From positions 16,913-80,912 of the forward strand of contig JAYPPP010000002.1 of NCBI GenBank assembly GCA_038131525.1: a DNA stretch of 64,000 nucleotides, read 5' to 3'. The position numbers and the translations under genes are program-made. Positions within the stretch are counted from its first letter, which is position 1. The number at the start of each line of letters is the position of its first letter. The notes beneath the pieces are model-generated. The model was not told where the DNA came from. It did no database searches and saw nothing but the letters and a program-made list of their open reading frames with translations. This stretch comes from Gammaproteobacteria bacterium. GTDB lineage: Bacteria; Pseudomonadota; Gammaproteobacteria; Arenicellales; UBA868. Positions 27,109 through 37,936 of the stretch are shown here, piece after piece.

Positions 27109-30100
27109 GCGCGATGCATTCACTTGATCCCTTTAACGTTCCGCTTGAGGGCAGTCGCCTGATTGAAGCAGCAGCGGGCACGGGCAAGACCTGGACCATT
27201 GCGGCGCTTTATCTTCGGCTCATTATTGAGACCGATGTGTCGGTGCCGAATGTATTGGTCGTCACCTACACCCGTGCTGCGACGGGTGAACTCAAGCAAC
27301 GCCTGCGCGATGCGCTCGAGGGCGCGATCACGGCCTTCGAACAGGGAACCGCAAACGATCATCCGCTGTTTTCCCCACTTTTGGCCGCCAGTGATAACCC
27401 TAAAGTCGCCCTTCGCAATTGCAGCGGGCGCTTGCACATTTTGATCAAGCGGCCGTATTTACGATTCATGGATTCTGTGAGCGCATCCTGAGCGACTATG
27501 CGTTTCAGACCGGGGCGCTTTCGAGACGGAACTGATCTCGGACGAGCAGAGCGTTTTGTCCGAGGTGGTCGACGATATCTGGCGGCAGACCATTTATCCG
27601 TCGGACAGATCCTGGTCGAGTTGGCTTGCTGGCTATAAGGGCCTCAAGAGTGCCGATGATCTGTGCCGGATGTTAAGGCCTTTACTGGGTAAGCCTTTTC
27701 TCAAAATCTGCGGTGACTCCGAAGCGAGGGCATCAATCCCATCCGATACCGCTCTGCAAAATGCCTTTGAACAACTGCGGGAGGAATGGCGGTCCTCTCA
27801 CGCGACGGTGTCCGATTTGCTTATGAGCCCGGATGCGTCACTGAATCGCAATCGATACCGCCCGTCCAGTGTGCAAGGCTGGTTAACGACGTTGGATAGT
27901 CTCTTTGCTACACACGCCCGAGTTTTTGGAGATTAAGGGGCTCGATTATCTTGAGAAGCTTACAACCCGCTTCTTGTCGTCGTCTGCTGCGGTGCGAAAG
28001 GGGCGAGCCCCAGCGCACGCCTTCTTTGATCGGATGGAGGTTTTCTGGATGCAGTTGAAGCCTATAGACAGGCCGCGAGCGAGCATTTTGTTTCCTGGGT
28101 AGCCGCTCTGAGACAGCAGGCGAGACAGTGCGCTGGTGCAGAGGAAACGAACGCTTGGGCTGCAGAGCTTTGACGATCTTCTTTTGGAGCTTGATGGGGC
28201 ATTAGCTCAGGACACAGATCAAAGTTTACGAAACCAACTGCGCGCGGGTTTTCAGGCCGTATTGCTGGATGAGTTTCAGGATACCGATCCGATTCAATAC
28301 GACATTTTTCGTATCGTGTACGGTGATGGGTCGCTTCCTGTCTTTATGGTGGGAGATCCTAAACAGGCAATTTATTCGTTTCGGGGCGCAGATCTCTTTG
28401 CGTACCTTAAGGCGCGTGGTCATGCGCGGGAGCGTCATTCGCTTCGAGCAAACTACCGCGCTCATGCCGGGTTGGTTGCGGCGGTCAATGCGGTGTTTTC
28501 CTTTATCGATCGATCGGCAAGTTTTGTTTTCGACGAGATCGCCTTTGAAGACGCTGTTGCTGCATCGAGTGCCCCGACGCTCTCGGGCGACGAACGAGAT
28601 GCCGCATTGGTCCTCTGGCATATCCAGAGGGCCGATTCGTCCAAGTACCTGCCGAAAGGGGATACGCGCGAAGCCGTTGGCCTCGCGGTAGCAGGAGAAA
28701 TCAGTGAACTCCTGAACGGCGACAAAAAGCTCGGAGATCAGGCGCTTAGACCTCAGCACATTGCCGTGCTTGTGCGAAGCCATGTCGAGGGTCAGGTGAT
28801 TCAGCGGGCGCTGCAGCGGGCAAATATTCCTTGTGTTCGCCAGGGCCAGCAGAGTGTTTACCAGACCCATGAAGCAAGCGAGTTAGAGCGCGTACTGCAG
28901 GCCGTGGCGTCTCCGCGCAGGGAAGCGCTGGTTCGGGCGGCCCTGCTCACGGACCTCATGGGATACGACGTTGATGCCCTGCAACTTCTAGAAGCGGAAC
29001 CATCTCGTTGGGATCAAATCGTTACTCGTTTTTATGAGTGGCACGAGCTCTGGCGCGAAAGCGGCTTCATGAAAATGTTTCGAACAATGGTTGCGTCGGA
29101 GGAATTATTTTTCCGACTGAATCGTTTCGAGGATAGTGATCGGCGCCTGACTAATCTCATTCATTTATCAGAACGCATCGAGGTCGCAGCCGAGCAACAC
29201 CGCGAGATGGCGACCCTGCTCAATTGGCTTGCCAGCGTCCGAATGCAACCGCCGCATGGAGAAGAAGAGAGTCTATTGCGTCTTGACAGTGACGACGATC
29301 GTGTTCGGATCGTGACCATTCACGCGAGTAAGGGTCTGCAGTATCCGGTTGTGTTTTTGCCATTTGCCTGGGATAGCGGCAATCAGAGCGAAAAGGATTC
29401 CTCTGTTTTCTTTCACGACCCGACTGACAATAATCACGCAAGCGTGGATCTTGGCACGAGCGCGTTTGATACCCATAAGGATCGCGCTGCACTGGAGCAG
29501 CTCGCCGAGAACGTGCGACTGCTGTATGTGGGATTAACCCGTGCCGAGAGTCGGTGCTACATGGCGTGGGGAGGCATTACCGGTGCATCGCGGTCAGCAC
29601 TCGCCTGGCTGCTCCACCGCGAGAGCGGCGATCTTTCCACCGATCCATTGGCAAACCTCGAGAGTCATTTCGCAACCGTATCGGATGAAGCGCTTCGAGC
29701 AACGCTGGATGATCTCTCGTCGAGGTCATCCGGTGAGATCGCGGTTTGTTCTTTGCCACGTAATCCGCCACCCAGTCAAAACCGATCGACTCCTGCGCGG
29801 TCGGCTCTCGCAGCGCGTGATGCGAAAAGAGCGATCAACCGAAGTTGGCAACTGAGCAGTTTTAGCGCGCTTTCAACCGGGCATGATTCCCCATTGCCGG
29901 ATCATGATCGAGCGCAGGTGGTTTTGACAGAGTCGAATCAAAATGATTTTTTCGGATTTCCGCGTGGTGCCCGAGCGGGTACCTGTCTGCATCGCATCTT
30001 TGAGCTCATCGACTTTTCTCCTCAGGCACGCGATGCCCGAGAAGTAATCGTCAGCGAGGTGCTAACGGAATTCGGCTTTGAGGGGCGATGGGCTGTCGTT

Positions 30101-30679
30101 GTGATGCAGATGTTAGATGCCGTTCTCGGTGCGCCTTTAGGGACCGAAGCCATTCAGCTTGACGTCGTCGAGCGCAGGCATCGTGTGGATGAGATGGCAT
30201 TTTGTTTTCCCACGGAAGCGTTTGATCGTTCGCAATGGACGGGCGTATTGGCACGCCATATGGAAACGTCTCACCCCGTCCTTAAAATGGCATTACAGGA
30301 CGATTTCTTTGCGGCCGGGCGAGGATTCATGCAGGGATTCATCGATCTGGTATTCGAGGCAGACGGCCGCTTTTATCTTGTCGACTACAAGTCAAATTTT
30401 CTCGGCCGCAATTTTTCGGACTATGCGCCACCTCGCCTCGATGAGGCAATGTATCGCTCACAATATTCGCTGCAATATCTGATTTATACGATGGCACTCA
30501 GTCGGTGGTTGGCGAATCGTGTACCCGGTTATGACTACGATACTCATTTTGGCGGTGTCTTTTACCTTTTTCTCCGAGGGATCAACCCGCACATGCCGGG
30601 CTCCGGCGTGTTCTTTGATCGTCCTCAAGCCGCGCTGGTGAACGATCTGCTGGAATTGATGGGTGACGCCAATGGGTGA
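27105..30679 (+). CDS. recB: Exodeoxyribonuclease V beta subunit (5' frameshifts)
   Basis: LIEAAAGTGKTWTI, LDEFQDTD, VGDPKQAIYSFRGAD, TIHASKGLQYP, YVGLTRA, nuclease GFIDLVF...DYKSN. Confidence 0.95.
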
Positions 30680-32411
30680 TTTTTGGGCATCGATGCGGGC
30701 GGCGAAGCAAAGCAGCGCTCTGAGCGATGTGTCTTTTTATTTTGCTGACCTTCTCGCACGTATGGATAAGACGGCATCCGAGCCGGTTTTGTTGGCCGGC
30801 GCCCTTGCTGTTGAGCAGGCCCTGTCGGGCGAGATTCGTCTGGATCTCAAGCGTTTTTATGGCCAAGCGGTTTTCGGCGAGCGCGTGGATCTTGTCGCGC
30901 CGTCAGAGGAGATCTGGCAACGAGCGCTTAGCGAATCACACCTGGTCGGTGACGGCTCAAAAACGACAATCCTTGTGAGATCCGAAGAAAGTGTTTATCT
31001 GTATCGCTACTTTAATCTTGAAAAGCGATTCGCGAGCCTGCTGGCCGACCGCACGCATCGCCAGGCGGGAATCGTAAGTTCAATACCGTCTGACTCCGTG
31101 TTGATAGAAGCGTTCGGTGACGACCAAGGCACCCAAGAACAACGTAGCGCAGTTCGAATGGCTTTTGATCATCGGATCTCGATCATCAGTGGAGGTCCGG
31201 GCACCGGGAAAACCGCAACGGTGAGGCGGCTTTTGCCGCTCATGTGGCAGTATGCGGGTGTATCACCAGAGCGCACCCTGCTTTGTGCGCCAACCGGCAA
31301 GGCGGCTGCCCGGCTGCGCGCAACGTTGTTGGAGCGATCCGATGATCCCTTGTTTTCCGGATTCTCTGCAGAAGCCGTCACGATTCATCGTCTGCTCGGC
31401 TGGCAACCCGGTGGAAACTTCCGCTATGGCGCGACACGGCGGTTACCCTGTGATTTGCTTGTCATTGATGAAGCGTCGATGGTGGATCTTGCTCTTATGG
31501 TGAGTCTTTTTGAGGCGCTGCCGGATGAGTCCCGGGTGATTCTTCTAGGTGATCGTGATCAACTGGCATCGGTAGAGGCCGGCGCTGTCCTTGGCGACAT
31601 GAGCAGCGCAGCAGAAAGCGGAATCTGGCCGGGAGGCCTCGTTGAGCTGAAACATAACTGGCGTTTTGGTAGTGAGAGCCCAATCGCCCGGTTGGCAAGT
31701 GCGGTGCGTATGGGTGATGCTCGCCGGGCTATCGACGAGTTATCGGCGTCAGACCAAGGGCCCGTATCATTGCTTGAGATAGCGGATGATCAGAGTTTTG
31801 ATGCCAGAATTGATGAGCATATTTATCCTTTCTTCGAATCGATTACCGAGGCGCTTCGGGCGGGTGAAGGGCTTGAGGAGCAGTTTGCCCGTTTGGAGCA
31901 GGTGATGGTGATCTGCGCACACCGGCATGGCTCTCGGGGAGTGGAGGCCGTCAATACGCGGATCGTGGAGCGGCTCGGACACTCTTCAAGGTCTTCGATC
32001 GGACCGGCGTTTCCCGGTATGCCTGTCATGTTGACCAGAAACAGTCCGGGGTTGGGTCTTTTTAATGGGGATATTGGAATCGTCGTCGAAGGCGAGAAAT
32101 CTTCGGGTCTGCAGGCGGCTTTTCCGGGTTCTGATGGCAGAGTCATGCGATACAGTCTGAATCGTTTGCCGGATTACCAGCCGGCGTATGCACTCACGAC
32201 GCATAAGGCCCAAGGGTCGCAGGCGAAACATGTCTTTTTGATTCTGCCGGAGAAGGACTCACGCGTGCTTTCACGAGAGCTGATCTACACCGGTATCACG
32301 CGCGCGCGTGAGTCGGTGCAGATCTGGGGCCGTTCTGAGGTGCTGCTTTGCGCTATCGGAAAATCCGCAGTCCGTCCAACCGGATTGCTTGAGAGACTGC
32401 AATGTCGCTGA
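30672..32411 (+). CDS. recD: Exodeoxyribonuclease V alpha subunit
   Basis: SGGPGTGKT, APTGKAAARL, IDEASMVD, LGDRDQLASV, YALTTHKAQGS, YTGITRA. Confidence 0.95.
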   Translation: MGDFWASMRAAKQSSALSDVSFYFADLLARMDKTASEPVLLAGALAVEQALSGEIRLDLKRFYGQAVFGERVDLVAPSEEIWQRALSESHLVGDGSKTTILVRSEESVYLYRYFNLEKRFASLLADRTHRQAGIVSSIPSDSVLIEAFGDDQGTQEQRSAVRMAFDHRISIISGGPGTGKTATVRRLLPLMWQYAGVSPERTLLCAPTGKAAARLRATLLERSDDPLFSGFSAEAVTIHRLLGWQPGGNFRYGATRRLPCDLLVIDEASMVDLALMVSLFEALPDESRVILLGDRDQLASVEAGAVLGDMSSAAESGIWPGGLVELKHNWRFGSESPIARLASAVRMGDARRAIDELSASDQGPVSLLEIADDQSFDARIDEHIYPFFESITEALRAGEGLEEQFARLEQVMVICAHRHGSRGVEAVNTRIVERLGHSSRSSIGPAFPGMPVMLTRNSPGLGLFNGDIGIVVEGEKSSGLQAAFPGSDGRVMRYSLNRLPDYQPAYALTTHKAQGSQAKHVFLILPEKDSRVLSRELIYTGITRARESVQIWGRSEVLLCAIGKSAVRPTGLLERLQCR

Positions 32412-32617
32412 CGCGATACCGTATTGACGAGTCCGTGGGTGCGTCGACCGTCACGGATGAGATGATGGTGCTCACCGCGGTCTACGGCATTGTGGTTGGC
32501 ATCATTCTCGTCATTCTTGCCCGTCGTTTTCGTCAGCAGTGGATGGTATTTTGGGGATCCGGCCTGTCCATCATCAGCGGTTTGTATTTGTTAGCGGATG
32601 GCTTGGATTGGATCTAG
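32402..32617 (+). CDS. Small two-TM hypothetical protein
   Basis: 71-aa ORF overlapping the recD stop; two hydrophobic helices. Confidence 0.6.
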   Translation: MSLTRYRIDESVGASTVTDEMMVLTAVYGIVVGIILVILARRFRQQWMVFWGSGLSIISGLYLLADGLDWI

Positions 32618-32663
32618 AAGAGAATTTCGGTATAGACAAAATGCCGCTAAAGAGGACCAAAGC

Positions 32664-33369
32664 GTGATTCCGCTGCGCGACGATAATCCGACGCGCATTA
32701 CTCCGATCGTGACCGTCGGTCTGATCGCTATCTGCGTGCTTGTATTTCTTTGGCAGACGTCACTGGGGGCACGAGAGGAGGCAGCGCTTTACGCGCTGGG
32801 CGTGATTCCTGCGGTGATTCTTGATCACGCCGAGCTGGCCCCCGGCCTCAGTTGGGTCGATCCGGCGCTGACGCCCTTCACCTCCATGTTTCTCCACGGC
32901 GGCTGGATGCATCTTGGCGGAAACATGCTTTACCTGTGGATCTTCGGCAACAACATTGAAGATGCTATGGGACATGCGCGGTTCATTGTGTTCTACCTAA
33001 TTTGCGGCATCGCTGCTGTGTTTGCTCAAGCTTTGCCCGATCCCCAATCGATCATCCCGATGATTGGTGCCAGCGGAGCCATCTCCGGTGTGCTGGGCGC
33101 TTATCTGCTGCTTTACCCCACGCGCGGGTGCTGGTTGCGATTCCATTCGGTTTTTATCTGACACCGTGTCGCTCAAGGCCGGTATTGTGCTGGGGTTTTG
33201 GTTTGGGCTTCAGATCATCAGCTCGCTTGCGGCCGGTGACGGCCCTGGCGTAGCATGGTTTGCTCATATAGGAGGTTTTCTCGCCGGCATGGCTCTAATA
33301 CCCATATTCAAATATCCAAACATCAAGCTGTTCGCCCCGGCGCGGGCTACTTCGCGTCGCGGGCGCTGA
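32664..33369 (+). CDS. Rhomboid intramembrane serine protease (frameshifted)
   Basis: IPLRDDNP, SMFLHGGWMHLGGNMLYLWIFGNNIED, IGASGAISG, AWFAHIGGF. Confidence 0.93.
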
Positions 33370-33387
33370 AAGCGAGGAGGCACCACG

Positions 33388-34048
33388 ATGGCCATGGCCC
33401 CGAATTATCTTTTGAGCCCAGCACCAAGCCCTTTTTCCATTGCATTCGGTGCCGTTGGTGGTAGCCACGGACGAAAGTGTCGAAGGCTATGGCGTTCTGG
33501 TGGAGCGGCCTGAGGATATCGATATCGAGATTGTGCGTTGGCCTGCGACAGGCTGGCGCCCGGTCGACGAGGACAGCGGCGATGAAGCCGGTTGGGTCGA
33601 GGGTATATTTTTGGGGACTGGCAAGGCGACGTCCTATACGGCCGCAATGAAGCCGTATCAGGTCATTACGTGTTGGGCTGGTCAACATCAGACCCGGCTA
33701 TGGCTCGCAGTGATCAGACGACCTGCGACCGATCCCAGGTTATTTTGTGGCACCTTAACTATCATCCCGATGGCGGACAGCTATTCTTTCCTCGACAAAG
33801 GAGCCTTCGTTGTGCCGGTAGCCTTGCCGGGCGACGATCTCCATCCGGAACAGGTAATCGCGCTTTGGTGTGACGGCAGCCGCGGGCTTTATATTCACCC
33901 TGGGGTCTGGCACGAGGGAATCTTCCCGGTCACGGACAGCCAATCGTTTCTAGATCGGCAGGGCCGTGTGCATGCTCGGGTGAGTTGTGATCTCGCTGAG
34001 GAGTTTGGCGTTTATTTATCGGTTCCGCTAACGAAGAATCCGAATTAG
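33388..34048 (+). CDS. Ureidoglycolate lyase family protein (frameshifted)
   Basis: NYHPDGGQLFFP, GLYIHPGVWHEGIFP, DRQGRVHARVSC. Confidence 0.7.
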
Positions 34049-34071
34049 GCCCGTGCTATCGGTCCTTGGCC

Positions 34072-34941
34072 TTAGTTTTTCTTGTTGCCGGGACTGAGCG
34101 ACAGGTAAACGCCTACCGCGATAATGATCGCAATGCCACCTACAGCCCAGCGGTTGGGTAGATCGCCGAAAAGCCAGTAGCCAAGAAGCACCTGCATCAC
34201 AATCTCGGTGTAAAGAAACGGAGCCAGCAACGACGCTTCCGCATATTCAAACGCGCGGATCAACAGCAGGTGACCCGCCGCCCCGATCATCCCGAGCGCC
34301 ATCATGAGACTGAGGTCCGAAGCGCTCGGCGGTGTCCAAACAAACGGGGTCAGCACGCTCATCACGACGAAGCCCCCGACGCCTTGCCAGGCCAGCATGA
34401 TAAGCGGGGGGGTATTTCCGCTCAGCAGCCGAGTCGATAGGAAATAGATCGCGAAAAAGAACGCTGCAGCCAGTGCCAGCAAACTCTCCCATTTGAAGTC
34501 TCCAAATCCGGGCTGCACAATGAGTATTACCCCAACAGTCCGAGTATCGATGCGACGGCACGACCGAGCGGTACTCGCTCGTGAAGTACCAGCGCGGAGA
34601 GAAGCACGACAAGTACGGCATCGAAAATATCAACGCGATCGCGTCGGCCAAAGGGATGGTTCGGATCGCGGCGAAGAAACAAAGTGTCGCGCCCATAAGG
34701 CAAAGCCCCGGCCGACCTGCAAGACCGGTCGTGGCGCACGGTATACACGCCCCCGTATTTGATGAGGGCAATCGGAAGACCAATAGAAAGTGAAAGAAAA
34801 TCGAGCCCATACCAGCTGCAACACCGGGTAGCGACTGCTCAGTAGTTTCGCCAGCGCATCCATAAACGGCACGATGACCATGGCACCGATCATCAGCGCA
34901 ATCCCGATGGAGGGCTTGGAATGGAGGCGAAAGAGCGCCAT
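34072..34941 (-). CDS. DMT/EamA family transporter (frameshifted)
   Basis: MDALAKLLSSRYPVLQLVWARF, AEASLLAPFLYTEI, GYWLFGDLP. Confidence 0.88.
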
Positions 34942-35059
34942 GCGAATGCCGAGAATAAAGGGTAGAGGCTGGGAAGGGCGGTTATCATAACGCCTTCGAT
35001 GCTCCTTTAAGATGGGAAGCGTCGAATCATTCCCCGCGCCTACCGTGATCGTCGATTAG

Positions 35060-36001
35060 ATGAATAGTTTTTTAAAGTCCGAGAGCGCCCTCGCGGCCGT
35101 TATCGTGACCTATGAGCCTTCGGTCGAGACGCTGAGCGACCAACTGAAACGATTGGACGGACAGGTTGAGCTGGCGTTAATCATTGATAACGGATCGCAC
35201 GCCTGTGCTGATGTGGCGGAAGTGGTCTCGGCGTTTGGCTTCGCGCGGTTTATTGGCTTGCCCGAAAATCGAGGACTGGGCTGGGCGCAGAACGAAGGCC
35301 TACGCCGTGTCCTTGATATGGGCGCGCAGGCGGTTCTCATTTTGGATCAGGACAGTCTGCCCCGTGCCGGGATGGTCGCGGCTTTGTACCGGGCGCTTAA
35401 GGAGCAGCGTGATCGGGGTATTCGAATCGCTGCTGTGGGCAGTCGGTATTTGGGTTCGGATCTCGGCCATCCCTCTTATTTTGTGCAGTTTGCTCGGCTC
35501 AACTTCCGAAGATGCTATTGCGCGGAGGGCCAGAAGGAATTAATCCCTGCAGACATGCTGATTTCCTCGGGCGCGCTTTTTTCAAGAGAGGCGCTGGAGG
35601 CTGTCGGACTGATGGAGGCTGATCTGTTTATCGATCATCTCGATACCGAATGGTTCCTGCGCGCCGGCGCGAAAGATTGGCGTTCTTTCGGCGTCTGTGA
35701 TGCGGTGATGGATCACGGCCTGGGCGAGCGGACCACGCGGTTCTGGCTGGGACGCTGGCGATACTTACCGGTGCATCGGCCTTTTCGCTACTACTACATT
35801 TATCGCAACAGCGTGCTGTTGTGGCGCCGAGACTATCCGAGCAAGCGATGGAAGCGCACCGATGTTCTGCGACTCACCAAGATGTTTCTTATTTTTGCGC
35901 TCTTCGCAGGCAAGCGCTTAGAAAATGCGCGGATGATGATTCGGGGTGTCCGAGACGGGCTGAGGGGGCAAACCGGCCCCATCGGTATCTCGTTGAAGTG
36001 A
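35060..36001 (+). CDS. GT2 glycosyltransferase, rhamnosyltransferase-like
   Basis: IIDNGS, NRGLGWAQNEG, LDQDS, LISSG, LFIDHLDTEW, RYYYIYRNS. Confidence 0.9.
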   Translation: MNSFLKSESALAAVIVTYEPSVETLSDQLKRLDGQVELALIIDNGSHACADVAEVVSAFGFARFIGLPENRGLGWAQNEGLRRVLDMGAQAVLILDQDSLPRAGMVAALYRALKEQRDRGIRIAAVGSRYLGSDLGHPSYFVQFARLNFRRCYCAEGQKELIPADMLISSGALFSREALEAVGLMEADLFIDHLDTEWFLRAGAKDWRSFGVCDAVMDHGLGERTTRFWLGRWRYLPVHRPFRYYYIYRNSVLLWRRDYPSKRWKRTDVLRLTKMFLIFALFAGKRLENARMMIRGVRDGLRGQTGPIGISLK

Positions 36002-36098
36002 CGCTCCGATCGCCTCAGAATAGCACGCGAGTCACAGAGTGTGATCCTGCAACGTGGTTTTCGATTAGGTCTTTAGTCCGAGAGATGACAGCCGACTG

Positions 36099-37862
36099 AT
36101 GCAAGTTTCTTTTCTGGTGCCGGTGTATAACACCGATCCGGCCGTGCTTAGGCTGTGTGTGAATAGCGTCCTGAAGGCGGCGGGCCAGGCGCATGAGGTA
36201 GTGATGGTGGACGATGGCTCAGATCGAGCCGAGACCCAAGAGTTTCTTGACCGCTGTGACGAGGCCGGTATCGATCAGCTGCAGGTCATTCGCAATTCCG
36301 GTAACCACGGGGTCTCTTTTTCGCTTAATCAGGCAGCGGACGCCGCATCGGGTAATTTCCTTGCGCCAGTTGATCATGACGATGTCGTCGTGACCCAAGG
36401 GTTTCATCAGATGCTTCGCGGTCTTACCTACTTTGGGTCGCCGTGGGCTTATTCGGATGAGATTCAAGTGGATGCAAACGGGTTTCTCATTCGCCGTATG
36501 TTTAAGCCTGACTACAGCCCGCAGCTTTTGCGTTCGTTGATGTACATCAACCATCTGCAGGTATTTTCAAAGGAACTTTTTGAGCAGCTTGGCGGATACC
36601 GTGAGGGTTTTGAAGGAAGCCAGGACTACGACCTCGCATTGCGTATGAGTGAGCGGTGCACCCCACTGCATATTGAGGAAATTGCCTACCACTGGCGCAT
36701 ACTCGAGCAGACTCAGTCACGATCCGGTGAACAACTCAGCGCGAACAGTGTCGATAGCGGACTGCGAGCCCTGAAAGAGCACTTTGCCCGGGAGCAATTT
36801 CCCGCAACCGTTGAGCCGGTGCTGTTTAAACGGCATGCGCATACCGAACCCGAACCGATTGGCGTTTACCGGTCCCGTTTGGTCGACAACGAGCCCCGTA
36901 GACTTTCGGTGATCATCCCGTGTCGCCTGGGAACGACCAAGCAGATTAACAATAGACCATTAGTGCTGCTGGAGCACTGCCTGCAGTCCCTCAGCAGATC
37001 TTTCGTCGACACGGAGAAGGATCGAGTAGAGATAGTGCTCGTTCTCAACGCAGAAGATGACATCCAGAAAGGCGAAGAAGCAATTGCCCGACACGGACTT
37101 ACCGGGGTCGCGATAACCGATGGCCCCGGATTCAATTTTTCTCGCAAATGCAACCTTGGCGCACAACAGGCGAACGGCGATGTATTGATTTTCCTGAATG
37201 ACGATACGGATATGCAGACCCGCGGATGGGTTGCGGACGTGATCGCCCTTTTGAGTGAAGAGGATGTCGCGTGCGTGGGAGGCTTGATGCAGAACAACGA
37301 TCGAACCGTTCAATCGTGTGGCGATAACGTAGGACGTGATTCTGCCGTGCACTATGTGCCGGAGCCCGGAGCCGATGGTGTCGGTGATGCGATGCACCGT
37401 TATCTCGCCGATCACGAGACAACCTCGATCAGTGGCGCATTCTTATGCACTCAAAAGGCGGTGTTTGAGGAGTTGGGCGGATTCTCACACGCCTTTCCCA
37501 ACAGTTTTCAGGACGTGGACTTTTGCCTCCGGGCCCGAGCGCGGGGCATGCGTTGTATTACGTCACCCGGCATTCGTCTGCTTCATTTTGAATCTGCAAC
37601 GCGGGATGCGGAAGTGGACTACGCCACGTTAAGCGCCTTTCGGTCCTATCATGGACCCGGTCTTGCCGGCAAAGATCCTTACGCGTTCTGGCGCTATCAA
37701 CCTATTCATTTTTCGCTCTTCTCCTATAACGGGATTAAGTTTCGCCTCTATCAAGTTGCAAAAATATTTGTAGACCGTGCGCGTCGTATTGAAAAGGCGT
37801 GTACCCGCCGGCCGCGCTGCTGGCGGGGAGTTCTGAAGCGAAGTGAACACCGCGTCGTCTGA
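36099..37862 (+). CDS. Two-domain GT2 glycosyltransferase
   Basis: VPVYNT, VDDGS, VDHDD, FKPDYSP, EGSQDYDL; second domain FNFSRKCNLGA, FLNDD, FQDVDFCLR. Confidence 0.92.
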   Translation: MQVSFLVPVYNTDPAVLRLCVNSVLKAAGQAHEVVMVDDGSDRAETQEFLDRCDEAGIDQLQVIRNSGNHGVSFSLNQAADAASGNFLAPVDHDDVVVTQGFHQMLRGLTYFGSPWAYSDEIQVDANGFLIRRMFKPDYSPQLLRSLMYINHLQVFSKELFEQLGGYREGFEGSQDYDLALRMSERCTPLHIEEIAYHWRILEQTQSRSGEQLSANSVDSGLRALKEHFAREQFPATVEPVLFKRHAHTEPEPIGVYRSRLVDNEPRRLSVIIPCRLGTTKQINNRPLVLLEHCLQSLSRSFVDTEKDRVEIVLVLNAEDDIQKGEEAIARHGLTGVAITDGPGFNFSRKCNLGAQQANGDVLIFLNDDTDMQTRGWVADVIALLSEEDVACVGGLMQNNDRTVQSCGDNVGRDSAVHYVPEPGADGVGDAMHRYLADHETTSISGAFLCTQKAVFEELGGFSHAFPNSFQDVDFCLRARARGMRCITSPGIRLLHFESATRDAEVDYATLSAFRSYHGPGLAGKDPYAFWRYQPIHFSLFSYNGIKFRLYQVAKIFVDRARRIEKACTRRPRCWRGVLKRSEHRVV

Positions 37863-37936
37863 TACAGTTAACGAATGACAACCTCACGGTGGCCTTTGCC
37901 GAGATCGTACGAAACGTGTTCGTGAAGTGATGTGAT

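Noticed and set aside
23950-28140. recC/recB pseudogenes or programmed frameshifts
   Set aside because: All catalytic motifs are intact and indels are scattered across unrelated neighbouring genes, consistent with sequencing error.
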